Assembly (NCBI GenBank): GCA_965153455.1
Contig: OZ234493.1
Coordinates: 434,001-498,000, forward strand
DNA: 64,000 bases
DNA from: Sphagnum compactum
Lineage: Eukaryota
Direction: 5' to 3'
A program made the translations under genes and the position numbers. This document shows, one piece after another, positions 51,936 to 63,000 of this stretch (the stretch's first letter is position 1; the number at the start of each line of letters is the position of its first letter). The notes under the pieces were generated by a model that saw only the letters and a list, made by a program, of their open reading frames with translations, was not told the origin of the DNA and did not search any database.

Positions 51936-53603
51936 ATTGGAACTTATCATAAAAATCTGATGATTTGAACAAAGAATTCCAGAATCTAGCGGATCAAATC
52001 CTCTGCATAGATCAAATCATATTTTTCAAACCAAAATTTAATCAAATTTCACCAACGAAACAAAGCTGAAGACATGATAAAAGATGAAGTTGGCAAGTTG
52101 TCTGATAACTATCTCAAGCACCATTTATTAAGCAGTTTAGTATATCATATGAGTAATCAGCAACCAAGTGATCCCTCTGTTAATCTTGCCATTAAGGTCT
52201 TGCCATTAACAAATTTTGTAATTTTCTTGACTGTGCATCATATGACATAATCTTTCAGTAATAGTCAAACACTTATAATAATGACCAAAATCTCTGTTAA
52301 AACTGAATTTTCTTCAAAATTGTAGAATCTGACACCGGACACCTTAATGTCAAGCCCCTGAACATCATGGCTGTATTTCCCAGCTCACCTTAACACACTA
52401 ATCTGGCTCGTAACCCAACACAGTGGACAGGGGCTTAAGCATTCCATAGTCAATAACAGGCAACTTGGCGAGCTATTACCCAATGAGCCTGGCCGGCTTG
52501 TTAGTGACCAGTGAGGTAACTAATAAGGTAATTCAATACTTATATTTGTGGCCACGACTACAAAAGAAGAGACAAAAGAAGAAACTACAATTCAAAAACG
52601 TTGGTACGTACTAGCTTTTTATCCCATCAAAAACAAATCAAAACCGTCCATTCAAATTCTGAAGGACCTCTGGGTCGAAACATGATGACAGTATCTTCGC
52701 TTCCGCCAAGAACCAACCGCAGCTGTCGATTTTAATTCCGACCTCGGTGTCGAAACCTGATGCCTGCCAGGTTGGCTCTTCGCTTAGACGTTCACGATCC
52801 GGTTGCACCCACCACCGCGCAGCGAGCACGCGAGAACGGAAGAACTCGGAAGACCTCGCCAACATGAACAACGATCTGATGATTGCCCAAAAATTGCTAA
52901 AAATTGGAAGAAAATCTTAGAAGCTCAAGCAGCTCATAAACTCGAAAATGCAAACAAGTATGCATGAATACGACACTAAGACAAAATTTTGAACAATTTC
53001 GGGGACGTTTAAGCTCTTGAATAATTAGATATTCTGCAGTACGCACCATTTGATACAAAACAAGTTTGCAGATCTGCTGCAGGAGCAATTTTCACTATTG
53101 CAGAAATTCATCCATAGGCAAACAATTCATGATCTACTGCAACTCTGATACACTACTAATTTGTAGTGAATCAAATACAATATTGACCCCGTAATGGGTA
53201 CCTGCAGGGAAGCAATTGGAACTTATGATGTAGGAATCGTGAGCAGTAGTGTGTTTCTAGTGTTAATAATGTCTCCGAGTACTTACTACAGGTCATGCTG
53301 TGATCTGAAGAACTCTAGTTTTGATGTAGTTTTGATCTCTAGTGAAGAACTAATCTTCCGTGGTCTACTTTGACGCTGAAGACTAATTAGCTTTTTCAAT
53401 GTGCAGTGATCACATGAAAGATTGTAGAGGTGTTGTAGGTTGGGAACTAGTCGTGTCGGGGGCGTTTCAACCGTTTGTCTTAGACGAGGGGCTCCGCCCG
53501 GGCTTGGAGGCTCTCCAGTAGGAGCTGATCTGAAGAGATCATCAATAGCTGGAGCCTCGAGCGCGGAGTCAATACCATCGAAAGCTTCTGGTTTTGGTGG
53601 AGA

Positions 53604-54992
53604 TCAAGAACTCGCGGAACTGATTGTGGTCGCGAGTACAGTCTGTCGTTTAGGTGGGAGCGGGCTTGGAGGGTGACCTGTGGGAGCTGGTCTAGACAGA
53701 TCAAGATCAGGAGCCTCGCGTTCCGGGAATATGGCGTCGAAAGATTCAGGATTTGGTGGAGCATTCGCGATCTGTCGTTTAGGTGGGAGCGGGCTTGGAG
53801 GGTGACCTGTAGGAGCTGGTCTAGACAAATCAAGATCAGGAGCCTCGCGTTCAAGAAATATATCATCTAAAGACTCAGGATTTGGTGGAGCATTCGTGAT
53901 CTGTCGTTTACGTGGGAGCGGGCTTGGAGGGTGACCTGTAGGAGCTGGTCTAGACAAATCAAGATCAGGAGCCTCGCGTTCAAGAAATATATCATCTAAA
54001 GATTCAGGATTTGGCGGAGCATTCGTGATCTGTCGTTTAGGTGGGAGCGGGCTTGGAGGGTGACCTGTAGGAGCTGGTCTAGACAGATCAAGATCAGGAG
54101 CCTCGCGTTCCGGGAATATGGCGTCGAAAGATTCAGGATTTGGTGGAGCATTCGCGATCTGTCGTTTAGGTGGGAGCGGGCTTGGAGGGTGACCTGTAGG
54201 AGCTGGTCTAGACAGATCAAGATCAGGAGCCTCGCGTTTCGGGAATATGGCGTCGAAAGATTCAGGATTTGGTGGAGCATTCGTGATCTGTCGTTTAGGT
54301 GGGCGCGGGCTTGGAGGGTGACCTGTAGGAGCTGGTCTAGACAGATCAAGATCAGGAGCCTCGCGTTCCAGGAATATGGTGTCGAAAGATTCAGAATTTC
54401 GTTTAGGTGGGAGCGGGCTTGGAGGGTGACCTGTAGGAGCTGGTCTAGACAGATCAAGATCAGGAGCCTCGCGTTTCGGGAATATGGCGTCGAAAGATTC
54501 AGGATTTGGTGGAGCATTCGTGATCTGTCGTTTAGGTGGGCGCGGGCTTGGAGGGTGACCTGTAGGAGCTGGTCTAGACAGATCAAGATCAGGAGCCTCG
54601 CGTTCCAGGAATATGGTGTCGAAAGATTCAGAATTTCGTTTAGGTGGGAGCGGGCTTGGAGGGTGACCTGTAGGAGCTGGTCTAGACAGATCAAGATCAG
54701 GAGCCTCGAGATCCGTGAGGATAGTATCGAAAGAGTACTGATGTTTTGGTGCAGCGGTCGTGATCATGGGCTGCGCGACCGTCTGTCGAAGAGCGGCGGG
54801 TGGGTGTGGAAGGTGACGAGTAGGAGCCGGTCTGGAGATATCTAGAGGAGTGGGTGGGCTTTGAGGGTGACGTGAAGGAGGCTTTCTAGTGTAGTCTATG
54901 ATCGAGCTCCATGACATTTCAACTTCTGGATCTGCAGCATCTTCCGTTGAGCTGACTTCAGTCTCGTAGTTGCCAGGAATCATTCTCCAAAA
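53604..54992 (-). CDS. Exon 2 of a putative secreted multi-repeat peptide precursor (462 aa + stop)
   Basis: Acceptor ctgtttctttgcag|TTT at 54993/54992, phase 0, in frame with exon 1; uninterrupted ORF with nine DLDLSRPAPTGHPPSP(L/R)P(P/R)KR units; TGA at 53606-53604. Confidence 0.85.
   Translation of the reverse strand, partial: FWRMIPGNYETEVSSTEDAADPEVEMSWSSIIDYTRKPPSRHPQSPPTPLDISRPAPTRHLPHPPAALRQTVAQPMITTAAPKHQYSFDTILTDLEAPDLDLSRPAPTGHPPSPLPPKRNSESFDTIFLEREAPDLDLSRPAPTGHPPSPRPPKRQITNAPPNPESFDAIFPKREAPDLDLSRPAPTGHPPSPLPPKRNSESFDTIFLEREAPDLDLSRPAPTGHPPSPRPPKRQITNAPPNPESFDAIFPKREAPDLDLSRPAPTGHPPSPLPPKRQIANAPPNPESFDAIFPEREAPDLDLSRPAPTGHPPSPLPPKRQITNAPPNPESLDDIFLEREAPDLDLSRPAPTGHPPSPLPRKRQITNAPPNPESLDDIFLEREAPDLDLSRPAPTGHPPSPLPPKRQIANAPPNPESFDAIFPEREAPDLDLSRPAPTGHPPSPLPPKRQTVLATTISSASS
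53646..54698 (-). repeat. Coding tandem array: 9 cores in units of 108 or 129 bp
   Basis: Unit lengths 36, 43, 36, 43, 43, 43, 43, 43 and 21 aa sum to 351 codons = 1053 bp; all length changes preserve frame. Confidence 0.95.
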
Positions 54993-55213
54993 CTGCAAAG
55001 AAACAGTGCCATGTGTGTACGTTATTGAGAGTACTAGAATGAACAAAAAGAATACGGATGTCTATCTATGCCCTACATGGTGAGGAACGAGAACCCATCC
55101 GGAGTCTAAGGCGAGTGCATGAAAGACGGACAAGACGCCAAATTTAGTCAAAGCATACAAGTCATGCGGTGCTGGTTAAGATTTGGGCCATTGTATACAG
55201 CAGCTGGACTTAC
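54993..55213 (-). other. Predicted 221-nt GT-AG intron of the precursor gene
   Basis: Donor TTG|GTAAGT at 55214/55213; pyrimidine-rich acceptor ending TTTGCAG at 54993; both phase 0. Confidence 0.8.
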
Positions 55214-55519
55214 CAAATCTATTCCATTCTGCATATTCGTAAAGAGGTCGTGGAGGACTTCAACTAGGGAAGACGAAGCGACAGAGGCCTTCAAAGTTCC
55301 AGCTGGAGCTTTGAATAGTCCTAGTGTAGTTGCGACTGCAGGCGGAGAAGGAGATTGGCGGTAAAGGAAACGGCGTGATGGAGGAGTGACACTGACGGGC
55401 GCGGCGATGCCGAGAGGGATATTTGACATTGCAAGAATTACGAGACATGAAGCCAATATTACTCGCAAGCTCATGATCTGCGCCTCCTTTGAATTCTCCC
55501 TTCTCAAATTTCTAGCCAT
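55214..55519 (-). CDS. Exon 1 of the putative peptide precursor (102 aa): signal peptide and pro-region
   Basis: MARNLRRENSKEAQI-MSLRVILASCLVILAMSNIPLGIAA|P shows basic n-region, hydrophobic h-region and small-residue cleavage site; alternative ATG at 55474; RRFL motif shortly after. Confidence 0.75.
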
Positions 55520-55560
55520 CTGTTACAACGGTTAATAAGCTCTCTTGAGACTGGAAGGCT

Positions 55561-55567
55561 TATATAA
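55561..55567 (-). promoter_or_regulatory. Putative TATA box of the precursor gene
   Basis: TATATAA 42 nt upstream of the first ATG and 87 nt upstream of the second. The region could instead be the end of a 5' UTR intron (taacag|ATG). Confidence 0.4.
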
Positions 55568-55997
55568 GTTCACACTAATTCCTTTCAATCGACGAATGGG
55601 CTCTGAAAATAAAATCTTTCTCGAGTAAAGCTCTTCTTGATTTTTTGATCAACTCTACAACCCTCTTAAATATCTAATCTTCTTCAAATCGTCCTGCAGC
55701 CTGCTGCAGCAGCACGATCTACACATGCAGCTGGTTCTAATTTGGGTTACAAGCCCCTTTTAGAAAATCACTGAAATCTGAACCCGCCCCTCAAAATCTC
55801 CCGGAGCTGCAGAAAACATACAAAGAAAGCTTCCTATTCCTAAGTTCGACCAGTAATCCGCTGACTTGGCTCCTCACAATAATTTCTTCAAATAGGAAAA
55901 CAATAGTTGCTGCTTACTGTTTCTTCCTCCTCTTTCTCCTCCTCCTCCTCTTCTTCTTCCTCTTCTTAACCCCAAACCTAGCAAATTATGTCTCGCT

Positions 55998-56165
55998 CAG
56001 TGACTCGCTCATTTCTCATCAACTCTCGACTTTTGCTTGTCAGTCAGTCGCTGATTTCTCATCAACTCTCGACCTTTGTTTGTCAGTGAGTAGCTCATTT
56101 CTCATCACCTCTCGACCTTTGCTTGTCAGTCAGTCCTCATTTCTCATCAACTCTCGACCTTTGTT
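55998..56165. repeat. Four 43-bp tandem repeats
   Basis: cagt.a.t.gct.atttctcatca.ctctcgac.tttg.ttgt starting at 55998, 56041, 56084 and 56127. Confidence 0.92.
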
Positions 56166-58674
56166 TTACGACGCATGAAAAAGAAAGAAAGAAAAACTAA
56201 CGAATGTTCTCGCCTCCTCCTCAGCGCAACTGCTGTGATTCACAGCCGCTGCAGAGACTTCACCACATCACGCAGTAAGAAAGACTGGCAGTCCGAGGAA
56301 GAAGAGTCTGTCGCCCCTAAAATTTGTATCAGGAGCCTGGACGTACTCTTGCCTGCAGCTCTTGCTCTGTACTCACGAGGTCTCTACGTCTCCGCCGGAG
56401 GGAATGAAGGCATTACCCAGGTCGACCCGGTGCAGGTGCGCCAGTGTTTGACAAGGTTTCCCGTACTCTTCTCGTCAAACTTTAAACATTAAAACGTGTC
56501 AGGGACGCGCTTTGACCCCGCTATTTTGTTGTTTTGTGAACTGGGCTCCCTTTCCACCGCCTTTTTCACGCGAAACGCTAAATAACCCCCTTCCCCCCCC
56601 CCCTCCCAATCGAGCTCTGTCCGGCGCCCTTTCTGGGCCTGACAGTGCAGCCCTGCGGAGAACCGTGTGGTTCTGCTGCACGGTTTGAATTTTTGACTGT
56701 CGGAGTTATTTCAATAGAAAAGAAACCAAATTCCTTTATGTGCTTGAGCCTATGTCAGTGGATAGTTCCATTTTGTGTTTGGGACGTTTCGATTTCGAAT
56801 TTGCTGGGCAGCAGCAGGCCAAGAAATTAATTCTAGCAGAACAGAGAGCTTTTGACATGTCCTTTTTTCTGAACAGGAGAACATGTAGAACCGTGCTGCT
56901 TGGTTCTATGCAGAACCAAGCAGGGCCGCAAAATGTGCAAGAAGACAAGACAAACATGCACCCGACAGAGCTCGATGGGAAGGGGCGGTGGGGGGGGGGG
57001 GGGGCGGGGGTTTTTAGGGTCTCGCCATTTTTATCCCCTCTTTTTTTTCCTTTTTTCTTCTCTGTTCTCAGTACCAATTCTTTTTTTGTGTGGACACTTT
57101 TAGCAAAATTATGAACATAAGGTTTAAGGCTTAACAAGTTTCTATCTGCAAATACCTCACCCACTACTCATTTTCAACACTAACTAATTCCTCGGAGGGT
57201 CAGCTGGAAAAAGAAACAATAAAACTACTAACAATTGCCAAAATTTTAGAAAATCAAAACCAGTTCAAAACCCAAGATAACCTTGAAACTTACTAGTGGA
57301 CTTTAGTGTACTTACAGACTATTGTTGAAATTTTGAGATTGCGGCTGTCACACCCCTTTATTTTAATATTTCAACAAGATTTGTCAAACATGGGTTGTAA
57401 GTACAATAGCAATTACACATTGAACTGTTGGTTTGCTCAGGATAACTAAGAAAACAAATCCATGGCGCCCCCATTCTCATTGCGTGAAATAAAGTTTCCA
57501 GGCCTACTCACAACCCTATTTTGCTGAACCTTGAAAACAGTCGTTGCTTTCTACCATTTCCATTGGTCTTTTAAAATTCTCACAAACCTTACAAAACCTA
57601 TTATTGTTAGTTCACTCAAGATATAACTGTGAAAAAAATTCAGACCGCCAAATCCAGCAGTTTCATTGGCTCATTATTTCTGCATGCCTACATACAAGTA
57701 TCAACACCCCCTTGTATATTTGTACACTAATTGTGTAAGGCTTGTCTATATATAGACAGGGTTTTAAATGAATATTCTGTGAAAAATATTTGACTTTAAG
57801 AAAAAACTCATCAACTGTTTTTAGGAAAAACACTTTTTTCAAGAAATTTTTTTTGTCACATTTTGGCATAGCTTTTTATTTTGGGGTAGCTTTTTATCAG
57901 CTTTTTTGTAGCTCAGACAGTTCTGGAGCAGATGTGTTGCCAATTAATGCAAAATCATTGATGCTATATTAGAAAACTGAAAAAGAGAAAGAAAAAAGCA
58001 CTGCTTTAAAGTTCTAGGTCATGAAATACTCTGACCAAAAGCCAGAAATTAATGTTAAATCCTTTAATTATTTGATCCTGTTTGGTATTGTTGGAAAGGG
58101 AGCAAAGAAATTCAATCACCTAAACTTTGAGAAATTTGTCACTTTACAAGATCAATTGGGAGGAGACGATTAGGCTTCTCAGTTCATGCAGGATACAATC
58201 TAGATTTGCTCATACTTTATTCTACTAGTTCTATGAAGTGTGCCCAGAAATTTCCAAGCGTATTTGGAATGCAACTTACTGCAATAAAATATCCCTCCAA
58301 AAAAGAGGAAAATATCACACCTACCAATCGGTAAATAGTAGGCTAAGTTGTGAAGATCCCCCTTCCACCTACTTATAACTTTGAACACCTTAACAAATGA
58401 AAGTTTTGGAGTGCACTCAATTGCCAATAGATGTTGGTATTTGCCCCTCCCACCGCCCATGCCTTGTCAGTTGCAAATAGGTGTCACTCACTGATAGGTA
58501 CCACCTAATACTTAAACAATCGGTAAGGGCCACACAGCTCACGGATAATGGTCCCAAAATGGTTGGCAAGAGTCAGCTACATTGGGCCTACGCTGGGCCC
58601 CAACACCCCTCTTCTTTTGGAAATGTCCCCACCATACATACGGCTTTACTACTGTACACTATCCCTCTCCCAGA

Positions 58675-58839
58675 CAGTGTTTTTTTCTTCTGACAGAATT
58701 TTTTTTGTTGGTTTTTTAACAAAATGGGAAATTCTGGAAAACCTTGTTTTCTTATTTGAAATTTGACTAATTTTTCTTTTCTTTTTTTGGGAAAAAATCC
58801 CCAATTCTTTATTTTTTGAAATTGAAAAACAAACCCCTG
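58675..58839. mobile_element. Short hAT-type MITE
   Basis: CAGTGTTTTTTT ... AAACAAACCCCTG; flanks CTCCCAGA / CTCCCTCC. Confidence 0.5.
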
Positions 58840-59952
58840 CTCCCTCCCTGACTATTACAAGATAAACATTTTCAATACATATGCATATACATGTTTGACA
58901 TACTTCTGGGATACACTTCAAATACGTGTTTTGATTTATTTATACAGTACATATTCTTCTTTGTATTTATTAGATGGGGGGTACCTCCCAAGTTCAAGTC
59001 TATTTTTTCTTTTTCTTTTTTGGCTATGAGCCATTTTGACTGGCCCATGATCGCAAATGAAAACTAAAGCTTCGGAGGCTTTGCCCAAAAGAAAAGTTTA
59101 TATTCAAATCTAGGGAGTGCCAAAATCCCCTTTGGCTTACCTGTATAGGTGAAAAGGGGAGACCTTCGGGTGTTGAGTATATGGGATAAAATTTTGGTGC
59201 TATTTGGAACATCTTTGGGAACATGATGACATTCAGAACTTAGGGAACAGTCAACAAGAACCCCTTGGAAACTCTATGGAAACACATTTGGAACAGAAAA
59301 ACGTACTTATAATTCATGTGTTTGCCTATATAGTGCATGTATTGGGTAGAGATAATGGCATGGAATTCTTTACCTGGGCCAGTTTAACTGCCCACACCAG
59401 GTGGTAAGTGGGGGTGCATAAATTTAGAGTTGCCATACAGTTGAAACTTGAAAGGTTGAGAGTTGAAACACAGAGGGTGAACGGCATTTTTAAGGTGACA
59501 AAGGGAGGATCAACATGGGAACAACTTCTAGTTTCTAGTTCCCCTTGCCTTTTAAATTAAATTTGGAGAAAGGTATGATTTTTTGTCAAAACCTTTGGTG
59601 TAGTTTTTGGCCGTATTTGCCCAAAATATGGTACATCTACAGAGCATTGAATGTGTTATGGAATGTTAGAACAGCTCTACGTGCCAAGATGCCAGAAATT
59701 TATTGTAGCATTCCTGCACGCCCATTTCACTTTTGAAACTTGAAGGAAACTCAGGAATACCATGCAAAAAACAGGCATGCACGACGTGACTCAAATATTG
59801 CATGCACTAAAAGTAGTATCCAATAAAAGGTTCTCAAAGCCTTGAAATCGTAAAGAGTGAGACAAGGGCAATGTACCAAAGTCCACATTAAATGAGCGTA
59901 ATGAGATCAATGTGGCGGTGGGTTCAACATTATCTGGGCTCGAAATCAGGTG

Positions 59953-60020
59953 TAACGAATTGAATGCAACTCAATTTAACGAATTGAATGCAACTCAATT
60001 TAACGAATTGAATGCAACTC
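59953..60020. repeat. Three 24-bp tandem repeats
   Basis: taacgaattgaatgcaactcaatt three times (last copy partial). Confidence 0.95.
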
Positions 60021-63000
60021 CATTTATGAATCCTTTGACGTATGATTGTATTTGCTTGTTCCCAACTAGGCGGTGTTTTTTTCAAAGATCTTAGAATATT
60101 CCACAGTGCAGAGTTTGGCCTTTTTTCAGTAAAGCACAGCGAATGTGTCTACTGTCAAAAATCAGGAAGAGCTTACAGGCGACAGTCCCCATTTTTTCGT
60201 CCTGAAAGTGGCGATACTTTCATCTTTGAAGAAGAAATGATGGGGCAACAACATTTATCTTAAGAATGATGATGAAGCCCCAAGTATTTCTTTATATATC
60301 CAAAATTGGCTCCACATGAACTTTCTATGCTCAACAAAGTAGATGATTAATAGTAACCAATGCTTTGTCGCTCCTCAACAAGTAAAGGAGACCATTAAAA
60401 GCTAGAATACTAACATCAAGAGTTAAAATACCAAAGACAAGAAACTAAATTCAGGACTAGAAGCACATTAGATCCACACAAGAGAGAAGAAAAAAAATTC
60501 TCTTAGCCCTAACTCATCAAATTTGTTGACAAACAAAATATTGCAATTAAGTCAATCACCACAAAATATAGAAAATCTCCATAGTTATTTGCGAAGTCCA
60601 CAAAATACTTGCAAGCTAGTCATGGGAATCATGAAAGGAAGATGTCACAGAAACTAGGAAGTAGCTAATGTGATTGTAACCAAATTGTACATTGACCTAT
60701 GTGTTTAAATTGTGCACACCATGCATTGGAAATTGGATTGTACAGAAAGTTACCTAAGATAAAATGTGTCTAGGAATACATTTCAATAATTGTTCCACCA
60801 TATGATTGCAATTCAAGTTTAGACTTCATAAAGACCAACATTGAGAACATTCTTTCATCCTTAACACTTGGGCAAGAACTTGAACAACAATTTCAACAAC
60901 CTTTAAATATTTGGACATGCCAATCCTCAAAATTCACAAAGCTTCAATGCTTGTCGGAAGCTCAGTTGATGGATTCAATTCATAAGGGTATGATTGTAGC
61001 ATTTGAGCATGTAATAAGTTTGTTTTAAACTAGCTAAACAAAATGTGCTAGAACTTACTTTTATGTTAGAAATTAGACAAAATATGGCATTTAATATGCA
61101 AAAATTTAAAATAATGAATAATACCTTTCAATGAACCATCAACTTGAAATTACCAAATATTTACTTTCACATTCTTACATGTACTTGCATTTTTGAAAAT
61201 CTACTTAATCTAATGCATATTAAGAAGATGAAACAGAATATTATTATACTAAAGTTAGAAAAATCTTCATATTTATCATTAAACTAAAAAAATATTTAAA
61301 AATTTTCTATATTAAAATATAGTTTATGGCTATTCTCACTCAAAAAGGAAAGATCACATAATACCATGGCCAACTTTAGCATGCTTGCATCCTGTGATAG
61401 TTCATGAAGATTTAACAATGTCATCACCAACATATCATTCATATATGAAGTTCATCCATCATTATCCATTTTTTAAGCATTGTATGAAATTCATATACCA
61501 TAGTTCACTTTTCATTTTTAACATATGAAGTTCATCCACCACCATCCACTTTTCATACATAAATGTGTATTTTTAGGAAGTTTTTTTCAAAAGGTCCTTT
61601 GGATGGTGGACCATACAAAAACTTCCATGGTGTAGTGTAGTAATTAGTTGAATTTTTTAAAAATTTTAAATTGACAAATTTCCCAACCAATTTTATTTTT
61701 AAAATTTATGATGTAGCCACATGAGTGAGCATTTCATCACAAATTTTATTGTATAGGATCATTAAATAGTAACCAATAAACAACATTGTGAGGACATGTG
61801 CCCCTCTTAGTTCAACATAGTTGAATTAAAAAATGGGTAAAATTTTGGTGAATGTTTATTAAAAATAAGCATTTTCAATAAAAATCCAACAATAAAATTT
61901 AGTGGAATTTTTTTTTCACAAGCATTTTTTAATGGTTTTGTGATGTAACCAAAGTTGTAATCATCCAAAAAATAATGTAGCAAAATTTGACTCTTGGTTA
62001 CATATGGTAATATATGAAAGTTATTTTTAAAAAAATCTTTTTATATTTGTGGCTACTTATTAGAACTAGCACAAAAATTTGACGATTTGGAATTTCTTTT
62101 GGAAATCTAGTAAATTTGGCGCAATTTTTCCATTAAAATTCGTTGTATAAGTTGGAATCATATGTTTCAAGTCAAACTTTGGCCGAAAATCACTATTAAA
62201 AATTAATCCATGGGGCTTGGTTAACTACCCATCAAAATTACGCAAACTTTATTAACCTTGAACTTAATTCTTCCCTTGGCAACCAAGGAATACCAATTTT
62301 ACCTACATTAATACAAGTAGTTAAAAAAAATAGTATTCACATTGCAAGGATCAATTATAACATGAAATTGAAATGCTAATGTTGAACCATGAAATTTAAT
62401 AACTAATGTTAATGAAATCTCAAAAACATCTAATAATGAATTTGAAAAATGTTGTGCATAGTTGCCACACGCGAAGAACTCAAAGATGAACTTGACTTAA
62501 ACACAAAAAGCAACAAAAGGAAGGTTAAATTATTTTATACCTCTATTTATGTCCAAGGGGGAATTCACTTGAATGAAGCACCCATGCAACAAGCATGACA
62601 AGCAATGGCAATATTGATGAACAATAGTAATATGACCATGTATGTGTCAAATGACAAGCAAGAAGGAGACAAATTTAGGGGTTGTACTTACAACAAGATG
62701 AATAATGAACAAAAATAAATCAAAAGGAAACAATCAAAACAAATCAACATGAAGTTCACTTGAAACAATTAGGTCTAGTTGAAGCAATGGCGACGCATTA
62801 GCAAATCAATGGTGTGGAATAACAAATCAATGTGGACCAAGATATGTTGAAAAGGACCAAAATGTTACAAGGACCTTACATGTAGTTTGTCCATTAGCTG
62901 GACAAAGCAATGTTCCACGGAAGTGAAAAGCTTGATTCCTCACTTGTTTGTTATTCTTATGACAAACATATCAAAGAAAAAAATTTAAATCAAACCTTGC

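Noticed and set aside
52638-53286. GC-richer segment and splice-like sites downstream of the precursor (possible extra exon or 3' UTR intron)
   Set aside because: No recognisable coding signal; cannot be supported without transcript data.
53418-53456. RLVPNLQHLYN, a superficial match to the CLE dodecapeptide RLVPTGPNPLHN
   Set aside because: Only 11 residues, lacks G6 and P9, and lies beyond the stop codon; probably chance.
53646-54698. CRISPR-like appearance of the regular repeat array
   Set aside because: The spacers are themselves near-identical, unit lengths are multiples of three within one ORF, the context is eukaryotic, and there are no cas genes.
53440-54845. Overlapping ORFs 53996-54694 (-), 53480-53866 (-) and 54060-54845 (+)
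   Set aside because: Alternative-frame shadows of the coding repeat; they are broken by stops where units vary, whereas the main frame is not.
56175-57164. ORFs of 105-142 aa in the GC-richer island
   Set aside because: No domain similarity, driven by homopolymer runs; more likely promoter or UTR sequence.
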